Sequence record: PV800129.1
Strand: one strand, 5' to 3'
Source of the DNA: Pseudomonas phage TIETA
Length of the DNA stretch: 64,000 bases
Position numbers and translations under genes: made by a program. Positions 47,396-56,623 of the stretch are shown piece after piece (the first letter of the stretch is position 1; each line of letters opens with the position of its first letter). The notes under the pieces were generated by a model that had not been told where the DNA came from, did no database searches, and saw only the letters and a list, made by a program, of their open reading frames with translations.

Positions 47396-47881
47396 ATGAA
47401 TATGAAAGAGATTGTGCAGGCTTTGATTGTCGTTGTCGCTCTGACTCTCGCAGCAATAGGTTTTGTAGTCGGGATTACTGCGTTGGCCAACAAGAGCGCG
47501 CCCGCCGAGGATATTGTCGTGTCTACTGAAGACGGCACCATCAATCTCGGTCGCTCCGTGAAGAGCGAGAAGCTGCTGTATAGCATGTGCATCAAGGTAG
47601 AAGACCGCAAACCTGCTTGTGAATTCACCACCAAGGACCGTGTTCTTAGCGAAGTGAAACAGGTTATGCGCCCGGGCGAGGCTACGGCCCGCGATATTAA
47701 GATTGCAGTAAACGCGGCTGTGACGTATACTGGTGAGAACGGGCAGGAAGCAACCTCTCTGATTACCCCGAAAGGTAAGTATCTCCCGGCTGGCACCCCG
47801 TCTGAAGTACATATTCAGGCTATTGCGAATCTGTTCGACAGCGTGTACAATGACTACAAACAAAACTTCAGCAAGATGTGA
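47396..47881 (+). CDS. membrane-anchored periplasmic protein (possible superinfection-exclusion / envelope-modifying factor)
   Basis: 161 aa; N-terminal signal-anchor helix; strongly biased codon usage; RBS TAGGAGG. Confidence 0.45.
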   Translation: MNMKEIVQALIVVVALTLAAIGFVVGITALANKSAPAEDIVVSTEDGTINLGRSVKSEKLLYSMCIKVEDRKPACEFTTKDRVLSEVKQVMRPGEATARDIKIAVNAAVTYTGENGQEATSLITPKGKYLPAGTPSEVHIQAIANLFDSVYNDYKQNFSKM

Positions 47882-47890
47882 GGAGGACTC

Positions 47891-48085
47891 ATGAAAGCAC
47901 AGCCTAAAGAAGTAGAAACCCTGTCCCTCGACAAGCGCCCCAAGGCAGGTGATGTTGTTCGACTGCGATCTGACGGTAAAACCTACGAGGTAAATGCTGT
48001 ATATCCCACGGCAGTAGGCTGGGAAGCGATTCTCCGCAACATGTACGACAAGACCAAAACTGTAACTGTCGGCATGGAGTGGTGA
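47891..48085 (+). CDS. hypothetical protein
   Basis: 64 aa; RBS GAGGAGG. Confidence 0.4.
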   Translation: MKAQPKEVETLSLDKRPKAGDVVRLRSDGKTYEVNAVYPTAVGWEAILRNMYDKTKTVTVGMEW

Positions 48086-48086
48086 A

Positions 48087-48317
48087 ATGTCTGCGACTAA
48101 CAAGTGTGTCAACTTTCTCCCTGTCACTCCAGACGGGCGGGTGATCGTCCGGTTCGGTAAAAAGAGGTTAGGATGGCTTGGTAAAGAGGGTAAAAAGTGG
48201 TATTATTACCCTTATGGGTGTGAAGGTAGGATCAAGTCCGAAGGCTTCAAGACTCTCGCTGATATTAAGAGGTGGATTCGAGGCCCGATCTCTGTCTGGC
48301 CGGGGCCGCTAGCCTGA
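48087..48317 (+). CDS. hypothetical protein
   Basis: 76 aa. Confidence 0.4.
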   Translation: MSATNKCVNFLPVTPDGRVIVRFGKKRLGWLGKEGKKWYYYPYGCEGRIKSEGFKTLADIKRWIRGPISVWPGPLA

Positions 48318-48319
48318 GA

Positions 48320-48348
48320 TTGACTAATCAGCCGACGAATGGTACAAT
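48320..48348 (+). promoter_or_regulatory. sigma70-type promoter
   Basis: TTGACT-17-TACAAT. Confidence 0.5.
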
Positions 48349-48389
48349 GGTATGTAGGAAATTCCCTACTCAGTATAAGGAAACTAGCA

Positions 48390-48590
48390 ATGACTAGCCG
48401 CTGGAAAGAGGCCGTGTATCGTAAATACTCGGTGCGTCGTCTGCGGCAGGAACTCGAAGAGTTCAAAGAAGCTAGACGCTTTGCACCAAACCAACGCATC
48501 CGTGCATGGTTTGATGCTCATATCGAATTTCTAGAACGCCACTTGGCTATTCGAGAGTCCGGCCAAGCCTACCCAGACGACCTTTGGTAA
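48390..48590 (+). CDS. hypothetical protein
   Basis: 66 aa from ATG 48390 after RBS AAGGAA. Confidence 0.4.
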   Translation: MTSRWKEAVYRKYSVRRLRQELEEFKEARRFAPNQRIRAWFDAHIEFLERHLAIRESGQAYPDDLW

Positions 48591-48657
48591 TTAGGTAATT
48601 AGGTGTGTTGTAGGTAGAGATTCAAACATCGTTAGTGGCAAGGACGCCACACTTTCA

Positions 48658-48685
48658 GCCCGCCCACAAGGCGGGCTTCTTTTTG
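48658..48685 (+). terminator. rho-independent terminator
   Basis: AGCCCGCC-CACAAG-GCGGGCT + TCTTTTTG. Confidence 0.65.
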
Positions 48686-48699
48686 CCTGAAATTTGTGG

Positions 48700-48728
48700 T
48701 TGACAAGGTTGGCCGGAATATGTAAACT
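48700..48728 (+). promoter_or_regulatory. sigma70-type promoter
   Basis: TTGACA-17-TAAACT. Confidence 0.5.
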
Positions 48729-48756
48729 TGCGGCATCCAACAAAGGAGGGAAGAAA

Positions 48757-49743
48757 ATGCAATTCAATATATCGAAGCAACTATGGGTAGCTAAAAGCGA
48801 GCGGAAGGGCGACTATAAAGGGACGCTTTTGGCATACATGTCTCAAGTGGACTTCAATAAAGATGGTAGCTTGGCTGCCAGCTTCAAGAAAAAGCAGCAG
48901 ACTGGTATGAGCTGGGCAGGTAAGAATGCCGAGACTTGCTTCATAGACAACATCCCTATCTCGGGGCATTTCATCGGGGACAGTGTTGAACGCTGGGTCA
49001 CTGAGAACAAATACTTCCGTGTGACAGACCCACGGGGTTTCGTTCTGGAGGTTCCTACCGGGAATATCTCGACCTTGCTCTACAACTGCACAGTAATCAA
49101 AGGTGTGATCCAAGAGCCTTGCGTGTGGGTACGGATGGGTTCTCAGCACGTTCTACTGCCGGAAGGTTCCTCTCTCTACAAAGAGGCTGTAAGCTTCGTG
49201 GAGCGAAAAGAGTCGGCCAAAACTGTTAAAGATATGGTGGCAGGGGATCGATGCACTCTTCTTAGCTACGGGACAGAGGAGAAACTAGAGGCTATCTACC
49301 TCGGACAGGTGAAGATCACTTGGCACCTCCTAGCTAAAAAGGGCCGGTACTCTAGCCGAGGGTGGGGTGGGGGTCGGTGGGGTTACCACCATCTAGAGAG
49401 GGAACTAGATAGAAAAGAATTCACTGAGAAAGATTCGAAGTGGGTTAGTGTGTTCGCTAAGCCGGTAGGAAAGCGGTGGAGTATCCATTTTATCCTGTCT
49501 CCAAAGGCAACCGACATTCAATCTGGAAGCGTCCCGGATGAACTTCAGAATCTCGACCTAGTGAATGGTGTAAAATGGGAGTACAACGAGAAAGACGACC
49601 GCCCGTCTTCCTATTACTCTGTACCGGATAGGGTAGTTAAGTGTATCAGTGTAGATGATCCCCTATGGGATAATCTGCACAGCTCCTCGGAGGTGCGGTG
49701 GACCCGCGAATGGACCGTGGTCGGAGCAGAGTGGCGAAAATAA
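48757..49743 (+). CDS. hypothetical protein (328 aa)
   Basis: RBS AAGGAGGG; monocistronic between its own promoter and terminator; Trp/Gly-rich segment GWGGGRWGYHH. Confidence 0.5.
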   Translation: MQFNISKQLWVAKSERKGDYKGTLLAYMSQVDFNKDGSLAASFKKKQQTGMSWAGKNAETCFIDNIPISGHFIGDSVERWVTENKYFRVTDPRGFVLEVPTGNISTLLYNCTVIKGVIQEPCVWVRMGSQHVLLPEGSSLYKEAVSFVERKESAKTVKDMVAGDRCTLLSYGTEEKLEAIYLGQVKITWHLLAKKGRYSSRGWGGGRWGYHHLERELDRKEFTEKDSKWVSVFAKPVGKRWSIHFILSPKATDIQSGSVPDELQNLDLVNGVKWEYNEKDDRPSSYYSVPDRVVKCISVDDPLWDNLHSSSEVRWTREWTVVGAEWRK

Positions 49744-49763
49744 GCCACCATTATTTTAGAATT

Positions 49764-49787
49764 GCCCGGCGAGAGCCGGGCTTTTTC
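49764..49787 (+). terminator. rho-independent terminator
   Basis: GCCCGGC-GAGA-GCCGGGC + TTTTT. Confidence 0.7.
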
Positions 49788-49965
49788 ATGGCAGGGGTTA
49801 TTTTCAAATTATTTTTAGATTTCTGGGAGTTTCGGCCAATATGGGCAATATGAAATTTCTCAGGAAAAGGCTCAGAATGCTCGTATAAGAGCCGTTCGAG
49901 TGTGGGCAGGGTGAGCTACTACTTAGCCGTAGAAGGACAGTGTGACGCTTAATAGGAGGGTTAGA

Positions 49966-50139
49966 ATGAAGATTGACAACGGTGGCGAATATGCGTATTG
50001 GCTGGCGGATATCAAAGAGTTTGTTTCTCAGATGGATGCCACAGAGATCGAGAAGAGGGCTTGTATAGCATACTTAATTAGCTGGTATCAGCGAAGAGTA
50101 CTGCACAGAATTAAACGGGAGGAATACGAGGCGATCTAA
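49966..50139 (+). CDS. small protein
   Basis: 57 aa; RBS TAGGAGGG. Confidence 0.35.
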   Translation: MKIDNGGEYAYWLADIKEFVSQMDATEIEKRACIAYLISWYQRRVLHRIKREEYEAI

Positions 50140-50144
50140 GCTAG

Positions 50145-50300
50145 GGACCGGATGGATTTTTAGGGACTGGACAGATTTTCACAGACTGCAAAATTGAGAA
50201 CTGGGCAGATTTTTAGGAACTGGACAGTTTTTCACAGAAGGGGATTTTTCTACAGAGGAATTTCCCCTGAAATTTAGCCGGATTTCTCAGAAGGGCGGAT
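50145..50300 (+). repeat. iteron-like array of imperfect direct repeats (GGRACTGGACAGATTTTTMRCAGA)
   Basis: at least 5 degenerate copies (gggaccggatggattttta / gggactggacagattttcacaga / aactgggcagattttta / ggaactggacagtttttcacaga / ggggatttttctacaga) in an intergenic region. Confidence 0.55.
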
Positions 50301-50356
50301 CGTTAGCAGGCTATCTAATTGGTTAGCAAGCTACCTTTAATCGTTAGCACACTAAC
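50300..50356 (+). repeat. three spaced GTTAGCA-NN-GCTA/CTAAC inverted-repeat units
   Basis: cgttagcaggctatc / ggttagcaagctacc / cgttagcacactaac at about 20-bp spacing; same TAGC..GCTA core as the IRs at 62.6-63.9 kb. Confidence 0.5.
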
Positions 50357-50703
50357 TAAAAATTCCTAGGACGGACCTCAGTTGGCACGAACGTTGCAAG
50401 CCCGCACCAGTTTCCCGGGCAGGCGTAGGCCTCGACTATCCGTCGTGAAGGCTATATGTAGTTGGGGACTCGCACCCCGCGTTTAAGATGCGCCCATTCT
50501 ACTATGACAAATCACTTTGTCAACATTCTTTTTATGGCACAAGGATTGCAATTGCAATTAGCGTGCCAGCTTAAATCTCAGGCTCCCTCCGTGTTTGTCT
50601 CCGGTGCTCGGCCTCCAGCCTGCGTTGCCCGCCTGCCTGTCATTATACACAAGCTAGCAAGACAAGCAAGAAAAATTATAGAGAAAAATCTACATAAAAC
50701 CGG

Positions 50704-50732
50704 TTGACAGGCCTCCTTTATATATGCACAAT
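50704..50732 (+). promoter_or_regulatory. sigma70-type promoter (first of the early-type array)
   Basis: TTGACA-17-CACAAT. Confidence 0.5.
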
Positions 50733-50767
50733 GATCCCACATTCAACGGAACGGCAGGTAAGCAGCC

Positions 50768-51241
50768 ATGCTACATAGTGAAGCCCGCGCGATGGCCCTA
50801 CAAGAGATGGACAAGTGGAGCCTCCTCGAACAAGGTTGGAAATTCAGTTTCAATCGCAGGATGAAACGGACGCTGGGACGTTGTAATCATGCTAAGAAGC
50901 TCATAGAGCTAGGTCATGACTATGTAGCCGATAATGGGCTTCCCGCAGTACTGGACACCATTCGTCACGAAATAGCACATGCTAAGGCAGGTCCGCACCA
51001 TGGGCATGATTCTGTATGGAAAGAGTGGTGCGGATTGATTGGCGCTAAACCTAATCAGTACGCCAGTACAAAGGACAAAGTAGTCGACTTTCCTTGGCGG
51101 CTGGCGATCCGGCACGCGGATGGCACGTTAGAGCCGCTGAATCACTTCGGTTTCAGACGCACCAACATGGCGAGAAAACAGGTACGCGGGCGGCCTGAGA
51201 CGCCGGGCAGGCTAGTTTGGGTGAAGAACGAAAATAATTGA
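50768..51241 (+). CDS. SprT-like zinc metalloprotease domain protein
   Basis: 157 aa; HEIAHA (HExxH) plus a downstream His-rich stretch (PHHGHD). Confidence 0.55.
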   Translation: MLHSEARAMALQEMDKWSLLEQGWKFSFNRRMKRTLGRCNHAKKLIELGHDYVADNGLPAVLDTIRHEIAHAKAGPHHGHDSVWKEWCGLIGAKPNQYASTKDKVVDFPWRLAIRHADGTLEPLNHFGFRRTNMARKQVRGRPETPGRLVWVKNENN

Positions 51242-51251
51242 GAAAAAGATG

Positions 51252-51279
51252 TTGACACCTTAGGCCATTCCTGTAGAAT
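51252..51279 (+). promoter_or_regulatory. consensus promoter cassette with palindromic operator (GGCCATTC-CTGTA-GAATGGCC)
   Basis: TTGACA-16-TAGAAT followed by conserved leader CTCAAGCAAAGGGAAACACC. Confidence 0.6.
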
Positions 51280-51330
51280 GGCCCTCAAGCAAAGGGAAAC
51301 ACCCGGAGCAGTCACAAAGGATACATAGTT

Positions 51331-51597
51331 ATGAAAGCGCTTTGTAATCATCGGGCACTCTACGCGGCTTACAATCGCAGCGAGATTGATCGCGTTGCGG
51401 TAGACTTGAACCGTTATTTTCCTATCGAGAAAGATGACGAATGGGAAGACGGGCCGTACATGTATCGTCGCCGCACCTATCTGGTGAAGCACTCGAAGGG
51501 CATAGCTCGGTGGCATAGTCTCTATTGCAATGGGACTGTCCAAGGCGTCGGAGTCATCTTCGACGTAAAGTCGGGCGAACCTTTCCGTACAGCATAA
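51331..51597 (+). CDS. hypothetical protein
   Basis: 88 aa. Confidence 0.45.
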   Translation: MKALCNHRALYAAYNRSEIDRVAVDLNRYFPIEKDDEWEDGPYMYRRRTYLVKHSKGIARWHSLYCNGTVQGVGVIFDVKSGEPFRTA

Positions 51598-51611
51598 AGG
51601 AGATTCAGAAA

Positions 51612-51755
51612 ATGCAAGCTTGGGATGTGTATCAGAACGGCCAATTGATCGATACTGTTTTCTTCGATATCATGTGTGATGCCGAAGAGGTGCGGAAATC
51701 GCTGGTCAATCATGACGGGTATCCGTCTGATATCACTGTGGAGGAGGTGGAGTAA
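51612..51755 (+). CDS. small protein
   Basis: 47 aa; RBS AAGGAG. Confidence 0.3.
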   Translation: MQAWDVYQNGQLIDTVFFDIMCDAEEVRKSLVNHDGYPSDITVEEVE

Positions 51756-52054
51756 TGGATAACCTGTCCGTTAAAATCGTTCTGTCGGAACTCAGCTACA
51801 AAGCTTTGACTCAAGCCTTCGCATTGCTTGGCCGGGTGCTCGATCTGGATGAGGGGTTAGATGATATACTTAACCTCATCGCGGATGAAATTGCTTTCCG
51901 CGACGGCCTGCCGCCTTTCGAAGACGGATGTGATAAAACAGAATGGATGCTCCGGCGATGGGAATCGCTCCCGGTGGTATCGTATATCGCCGGGCAAGAC
52001 GGGCCGGCTGTCGCTCGATCTATCGAAGTAAAGCCCGCATGGTGGGCAAACTGA
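51755..52054 (+). CDS. hypothetical protein
   Basis: 99 aa, coupled. Confidence 0.4.
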   Translation: MDNLSVKIVLSELSYKALTQAFALLGRVLDLDEGLDDILNLIADEIAFRDGLPPFEDGCDKTEWMLRRWESLPVVSYIAGQDGPAVARSIEVKPAWWAN

Positions 52055-52287
52055 TGACTATTAGAGTAGGGGATATCGTAGCCATCCGGGGCGACCTTCG
52101 GAAAAAGCTCGACGGATCGTGCCAGTATCTACCTGAACAACTAGTGGACGGTAAATTCCTCAAGCATACCGGAACGGGAGAAATGTGGACTGGCAGAGTA
52201 GAACGGATACGAGGCGACGTAGCCGAGGTAGGCGGCGGCTGGCGCGGCATTGAATATTATGTTCCCGTTAGTGAAATAAAAGCTTGA
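52054..52287 (+). CDS. hypothetical protein
   Basis: 77 aa from ATG 52054 (ATGA overlap). Confidence 0.4.
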   Translation: MTIRVGDIVAIRGDLRKKLDGSCQYLPEQLVDGKFLKHTGTGEMWTGRVERIRGDVAEVGGGWRGIEYYVPVSEIKA

Positions 52288-52312
52288 CAACCTGATTCCA
52301 TAGCTGCACAAT
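52284..52312 (+). promoter_or_regulatory. sigma70-type promoter
   Basis: TTGACA-17-CACAAT. Confidence 0.45.
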
Positions 52313-52357
52313 ACGACTCACAGACAACGCAAACGCCGAAAGGCGAGGAGAAAGCAG

Positions 52358-52486
52358 ATGAAAATGTTCTTCAAAACCCGCACTCAAGCCCGCGCCATGG
52401 CAATCAACGGTCGCAAAGTGGTAGACAACGGGGCTCAAGCTGAAAAGCGCTGGGCTGTCAAGCTGAACAAAAAGGAGGCGAAGTAA
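52358..52486 (+). CDS. small basic protein
   Basis: 42 aa; RBS GAGGAG. Confidence 0.3.
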   Translation: MKMFFKTRTQARAMAINGRKVVDNGAQAEKRWAVKLNKKEAK

Positions 52487-52794
52487 TGGCTAAGTCTGTT
52501 AGTGTAGATCGCAAGCGTTCCATCCTCGACGAGGCGAAAGACGGTAGCTTTTTCAGTGTGGAATTCGTCAAGGCAGACGGCACCGTTCGAAAGATGACGT
52601 GCAAGCGTCAGATTAAATCGGCGTATGCTAACGGACAGTATGCCACTCGCAAACCGACCAGCGCCGGCAAGCCGCACCTGTATACCGCCGCTGAGGTGCT
52701 GAACATGGAAGAGGGTAAATCCGCTTTCCGTACGATCAATCTCGAAACCCTTATCCGTGCGAAAGTGAACGGAATCGAATATAAATTCGATTAA
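52486..52794 (+). CDS. hypothetical protein
   Basis: 102 aa, TAATG-coupled. Confidence 0.45.
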   Translation: MAKSVSVDRKRSILDEAKDGSFFSVEFVKADGTVRKMTCKRQIKSAYANGQYATRKPTSAGKPHLYTAAEVLNMEEGKSAFRTINLETLIRAKVNGIEYKFD

Positions 52795-52798
52795 AAGC

Positions 52799-52826
52799 TT
52801 GACACCTTGGGCCATTCGCGTAGAAT
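52799..52826 (+). promoter_or_regulatory. consensus promoter cassette with perfect palindrome GGGCCATTC-GCGTA-GAATGGCCC
   Basis: TTGACA-16-TAGAAT + leader CTCAAGCAAGACAAAC. Confidence 0.6.
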
Positions 52827-52864
52827 GGCCCTCAAGCAAGACAAACAACCTAAGAGGCGGCAAC

Positions 52865-53077
52865 ATGAAACAAGGTACTGATTTGATCGCTAAAGTAAAT
52901 TTCACCGCCCGGCTCCCGGGAGCTAAGCGGGGGATTTCGGTCAAGCCGGGAGATAAATTCTGGGTCACTACTCCATCCTACAGTAACGCCGATTTCGTAG
53001 GCGTAGCGAGGAAAGGCAAAACAACCTCCTATCTTTTTACTGCTAAGGATGTACAAACTCTCTTCGAAACGGTATAA
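52865..53077 (+). CDS. hypothetical protein
   Basis: 70 aa. Confidence 0.4.
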   Translation: MKQGTDLIAKVNFTARLPGAKRGISVKPGDKFWVTTPSYSNADFVGVARKGKTTSYLFTAKDVQTLFETV

Positions 53078-53123
53078 TCTTCAGACCCAATTAACCAACG
53101 TTTGACAACATAGGAGATTTAAA

Positions 53124-53270
53124 ATGGCACGTTCTATCAAGGCTTCCGACTTCGATTCCGCTTACCAGTTCGAGGCCGCCAAACGTTCCGAACGTAAAGA
53201 GTCCCGCAAATCGCGTGACAATCGCAAAGCGAGCCGAGGCCGAGCTTTCGACTTCCGCGACGATATCTAA
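53124..53270 (+). CDS. small basic Arg/Lys/Ser-rich protein
   Basis: 48 aa; RBS TAGGAG. Confidence 0.3.
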   Translation: MARSIKASDFDSAYQFEAAKRSERKESRKSRDNRKASRGRAFDFRDDI

Positions 53271-53506
53271 GATTTGCGCCTAGCCGGTGGGCCGATACGC
53301 CGGCAATCCTAAGCTTATTCAGAGAGTGAGTTTAGGATTCTCAACCCCAGCGGAGATACCAAAAATGGTTCGTCAATGCGTACCCTGTCCCGATGCTCGC
53401 CATGCTTTTTGCCTTGCATGGTTGTTCGCCATGCCGGAGTTCGCCGGTCTGCCTGCTCAAAAGGACATAAAACTCTTTAAGACTTCGGGACAGTGGGCGG
53501 TATGTT

Positions 53507-53890
53507 ATGGCTAGACGACAGAGGCTCCCGTCATGGGTGCAGGATCAGACCGAGGATGATACTCCGCTCCGGGATAAGATAGACCCCTACCTTAGCAAGC
53601 TTGGCGAAGTCGATAAGCTAGAGGGACAATTGCGACGGGTCAGGGATGCAACGGACCCGGACGAATACAACGAAATGGCTAAGGTACTAAAAGCCCGACG
53701 CCGGAAGATAATGAAGCAACGTGCCCGGGCCTACGGTCTGCCAGAGGATGAGCCTACCAATGTCCAAGGGTACAGCGTACCGGAAGAGGTTCACCGTAGA
53801 GCCATCCTGTTAAGCAGTGTAAAACCTTGGATGTTCTGGACCATCCTGTCTTTCTCGATTTTTGTGTGGTTTGTTTTGAAAAACAGTTGA
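53507..53890 (+). CDS. C-terminally membrane-anchored protein
   Basis: 127 aa; charged helical N-terminus; C-terminal TM WMFWTILSFSIFVWFVL. Confidence 0.45.
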   Translation: MARRQRLPSWVQDQTEDDTPLRDKIDPYLSKLGEVDKLEGQLRRVRDATDPDEYNEMAKVLKARRRKIMKQRARAYGLPEDEPTNVQGYSVPEEVHRRAILLSSVKPWMFWTILSFSIFVWFVLKNS

Positions 53891-53914
53891 CAAGGTTCCC
53901 GCCTCCTGTAGAAT
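53887..53914 (+). promoter_or_regulatory. promoter cassette variant
   Basis: TTGACA-16-TAGAAT + leader GGTCAGCAAGAAAGG. Confidence 0.55.
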
Positions 53915-53965
53915 GGTCAGCAAGAAAGGCGGACAGGCCGCCTAGCTAGACAAAGGACAATCGTC

Positions 53966-54637
53966 ATGAACTTCACTCTCAACCTCGTTTCCAAAAACAG
54001 CAAAACCGGTCCCATGCCTGTTAGCACGTCTCATAACGGCACCTGCCCGGACGCCTGCCCTCTCAAGGCTAAGGGCTGCTATGCTGCGTATGGGCCTACT
54101 GCTATTCACTGGAAAAAGCTAAGCAATGGTGAACGTGGCGTAGAGTGGAAAGAGTTCCTTCAGCAGGTGCGGTCTATCTCCCGTGGCGACTTGTGGCGTC
54201 ACAATCAAGCTGGTGATCTAGTAGGTCAGGATGACGTTATCGACGGCGTTGCGCTAATGGATTTGGTGAAAGCCAACAAAGGACGTCGCGGCTTCACCTA
54301 CACACATTACCCGATGAACAATTTCATGAACCGCCAGCACGTATTGTCGGCCAATCGTAGCGGCTTCACTATCAACCTGTCGGGCAACAATGTAGCGCAC
54401 GCCGATGAACTGGCCGACCTGAACATCGCCCCTGTAGTGACTATTCTCCCGATGGACGCGGAGAATGTAAGCTTCACGCCGAAAGGGCGTAAAGTGGTAG
54501 CTTGTCCGGCTGAGAAAAGCGACAAGGTGACTTGTAAGTCGTGCGGCTTGTGCCAAGTGGCCGACCGGGAGTATATTATCGGCTTCCGTGCCCACGGCAC
54601 AGCAAAGAAAACTGTCGATCTCATTGCTAAGGGTTAA
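53966..54637 (+). CDS. Cys-rich protein, possibly Gp37/Gp68 (DUF5131)-like
   Basis: 223 aa; N-terminal GTCPDACPLKAKGCYA and C-terminal CKSCGLCQ clusters; pattern recalled as resembling the phage Gp37Gp68 family, not verified. Confidence 0.4.
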   Translation: MNFTLNLVSKNSKTGPMPVSTSHNGTCPDACPLKAKGCYAAYGPTAIHWKKLSNGERGVEWKEFLQQVRSISRGDLWRHNQAGDLVGQDDVIDGVALMDLVKANKGRRGFTYTHYPMNNFMNRQHVLSANRSGFTINLSGNNVAHADELADLNIAPVVTILPMDAENVSFTPKGRKVVACPAEKSDKVTCKSCGLCQVADREYIIGFRAHGTAKKTVDLIAKG

Positions 54638-54641
54638 CACA

Positions 54642-54980
54642 ATGGACGAATCTGTTTACGCACCGTTCAACCAATGCAAGATGATGGGCCTAGAACGCAC
54701 TGTAAGGAGCCTAGCGGCTCCTAACGGGTGCAAGGTAGTCTTGTATCAGGATCATAAGAACAAGCATAGAATAGTCATATATGACGCCCTAGGGCATGGA
54801 ATGTCTGGGGTCATGGTGCAAGCGGATGGGGAAATTCACTACAAGGAAACCCGCAAGGCTAGCCAAGGGCAAAACCTGACAAGGCAACTACAAGCCCAAC
54901 TGACTGCATGGGGAGTGAAGTGGTTTCCCTCTCAGTATCAGACAACGGCAGGCGCAGCTTGCTACAAAGGAGACCGGTAA
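54642..54980 (+). CDS. hypothetical protein
   Basis: 112 aa. Confidence 0.4.
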   Translation: MDESVYAPFNQCKMMGLERTVRSLAAPNGCKVVLYQDHKNKHRIVIYDALGHGMSGVMVQADGEIHYKETRKASQGQNLTRQLQAQLTAWGVKWFPSQYQTTAGAACYKGDR

Positions 54981-55333
54981 TGCGACAGCTTAACAAAACT
55001 CAATTCAAAGCATTAGGCGCTAAGATCGACCTAGCCTTAGAGCTAGCCGCTACTGGTCGAGGTGAACTAATGAATGGCTACGGCTCTACCTGCTACATTT
55101 CAAACAAGGCTGGCCATAATATCCTTCGAGTGAGCTACCATAACTCCCGATTCGTTGTGTACGGTAACGAGAGCGTCCGGGTTACCGGGACCGCCTTGCA
55201 GGCTTGGATGGAGTGGAAAGGCATTAATCTGGCAGCCATCGCGTCTGTTAGTGAGTACGGGTATCATCCTAACCTGAGCATAGGGCACAACGATGCTCTT
55301 AAGACTCTGCGTGATATCGAGCGTTACCAGTGA
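54980..55333 (+). CDS. hypothetical protein
   Basis: 117 aa, coupled. Confidence 0.4.
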   Translation: MRQLNKTQFKALGAKIDLALELAATGRGELMNGYGSTCYISNKAGHNILRVSYHNSRFVVYGNESVRVTGTALQAWMEWKGINLAAIASVSEYGYHPNLSIGHNDALKTLRDIERYQ

Positions 55334-55524
55334 CGGCCTCTTACTCGACAGAGAAACGGGGCCAGAGGTGGGCCATCATCCGTACTGAGCCCGGTTACAG
55401 AGGTGACCGGGTGACCGTGCTAGGATTCTGTATCAATCAAACGCACGCTCTTAAAACGGTAGCCAAATTCCGGGCTTGGCAAGCGCTAGGCTGGCCCTAC
55501 ACACTGAAAGACGACAGAAAATAA
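55330..55524 (+). CDS. hypothetical protein (GTG start)
   Basis: 64 aa. Confidence 0.35.
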   Translation: MTASYSTEKRGQRWAIIRTEPGYRGDRVTVLGFCINQTHALKTVAKFRAWQALGWPYTLKDDRK

Positions 55525-55527
55525 TGC

Positions 55528-55555
55528 TTGACAGCCTAGGCCATTCGCGTAGAAT
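55528..55555 (+). promoter_or_regulatory. consensus promoter cassette with palindromic operator
   Basis: TTGACA-16-TAGAAT; AGGCCATTCGCGTAGAATGGCCAT + leader CAAGCAAGACAAACCGCC. Confidence 0.6.
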
Positions 55556-55596
55556 GGCCATCAAGCAAGACAAACCGCCCATTAGGAGACTCAAAA

Positions 55597-55791
55597 ATGA
55601 AAGCTGTAGCTCAGTTCAAAAGTGAAGACTACGCAAGCGGTGATAGCCGTACTGCTACTGTCTATGAGGATGTTTATGGCTGTTACATCGTGAGCGTTTT
55701 CGGAACTAGCCTGAGCGAGCCTGTCAGCTACCATTGGGGTCCGTTCGAGTATAAAGAATCTGCAATCGATGCCGCTAAGTCTGCCATCTAA
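55597..55791 (+). CDS. hypothetical protein
   Basis: 64 aa; RBS TAGGAGA. Confidence 0.4.
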   Translation: MKAVAQFKSEDYASGDSRTATVYEDVYGCYIVSVFGTSLSEPVSYHWGPFEYKESAIDAAKSAI

Positions 55792-55806
55792 TCTGGAGAT
55801 TACAGA

Positions 55807-56324
<518 letters not shown>

Positions 56325-56356
56325 GGTATAGTCTCAATCAAAACAGGAACGAACCG

Positions 56357-56623
56357 ATGTCGATTCTAGCTCTAACTCTGACCCTCTGCTCCGCTGTCCA
56401 ATGCGACGACTACATTATCGATCACTCTCTGCCGGGACAAGCCGCAGAGTGTAATGCTCGGCTAGTGGAAGAGGCCGAAGAGTTCGGCGATGCTTGGGTG
56501 GCGACTAACGCTGATGCCCGTCTGACCCGCTACCTTAGCCGATTCAATATTCAGGTTGACCCGCGCTTTGTTTTCGATTACGATTTCACCTGTCAACTGA
56601 TCGCAGAGGATGAATTGCCATGA
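56357..56623 (+). CDS. hypothetical protein
   Basis: 88 aa. Confidence 0.4.
   Translation: MSILALTLTLCSAVQCDDYIIDHSLPGQAAECNARLVEEAEEFGDAWVATNADARLTRYLSRFNIQVDPRFVFDYDFTCQLIAEDELP

Noticed and set aside
47381-48127. 248-aa minus-strand ORF (and other long antisense ORFs 48..719, 7422..8593, 28645..29217, 29821..30699, 31072..32217, 34048..34989, 58423..59574)
   Set aside because: All lie antisense to well-supported + strand genes, lack RBSs, and several span intergenic promoters/terminators. They are typical shadow ORFs in GC-balanced coding DNA.
50462-50707. 81-aa + strand ORF in the intergenic region upstream of the first early promoter
   Set aside because: Lies entirely within the repeat/palindrome-rich regulatory region; no RBS; ends inside the promoter at 50704; Ala/Arg-rich low-complexity product. 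Likely spurious.
53287-53514. 75-aa ORF (possible 50-aa product from ATG 53365) between early genes
   Set aside because: Weak RBS and overlaps an AATCCTAA...TTAGGATT inverted repeat. Coding status doubtful, so not listed as a feature.
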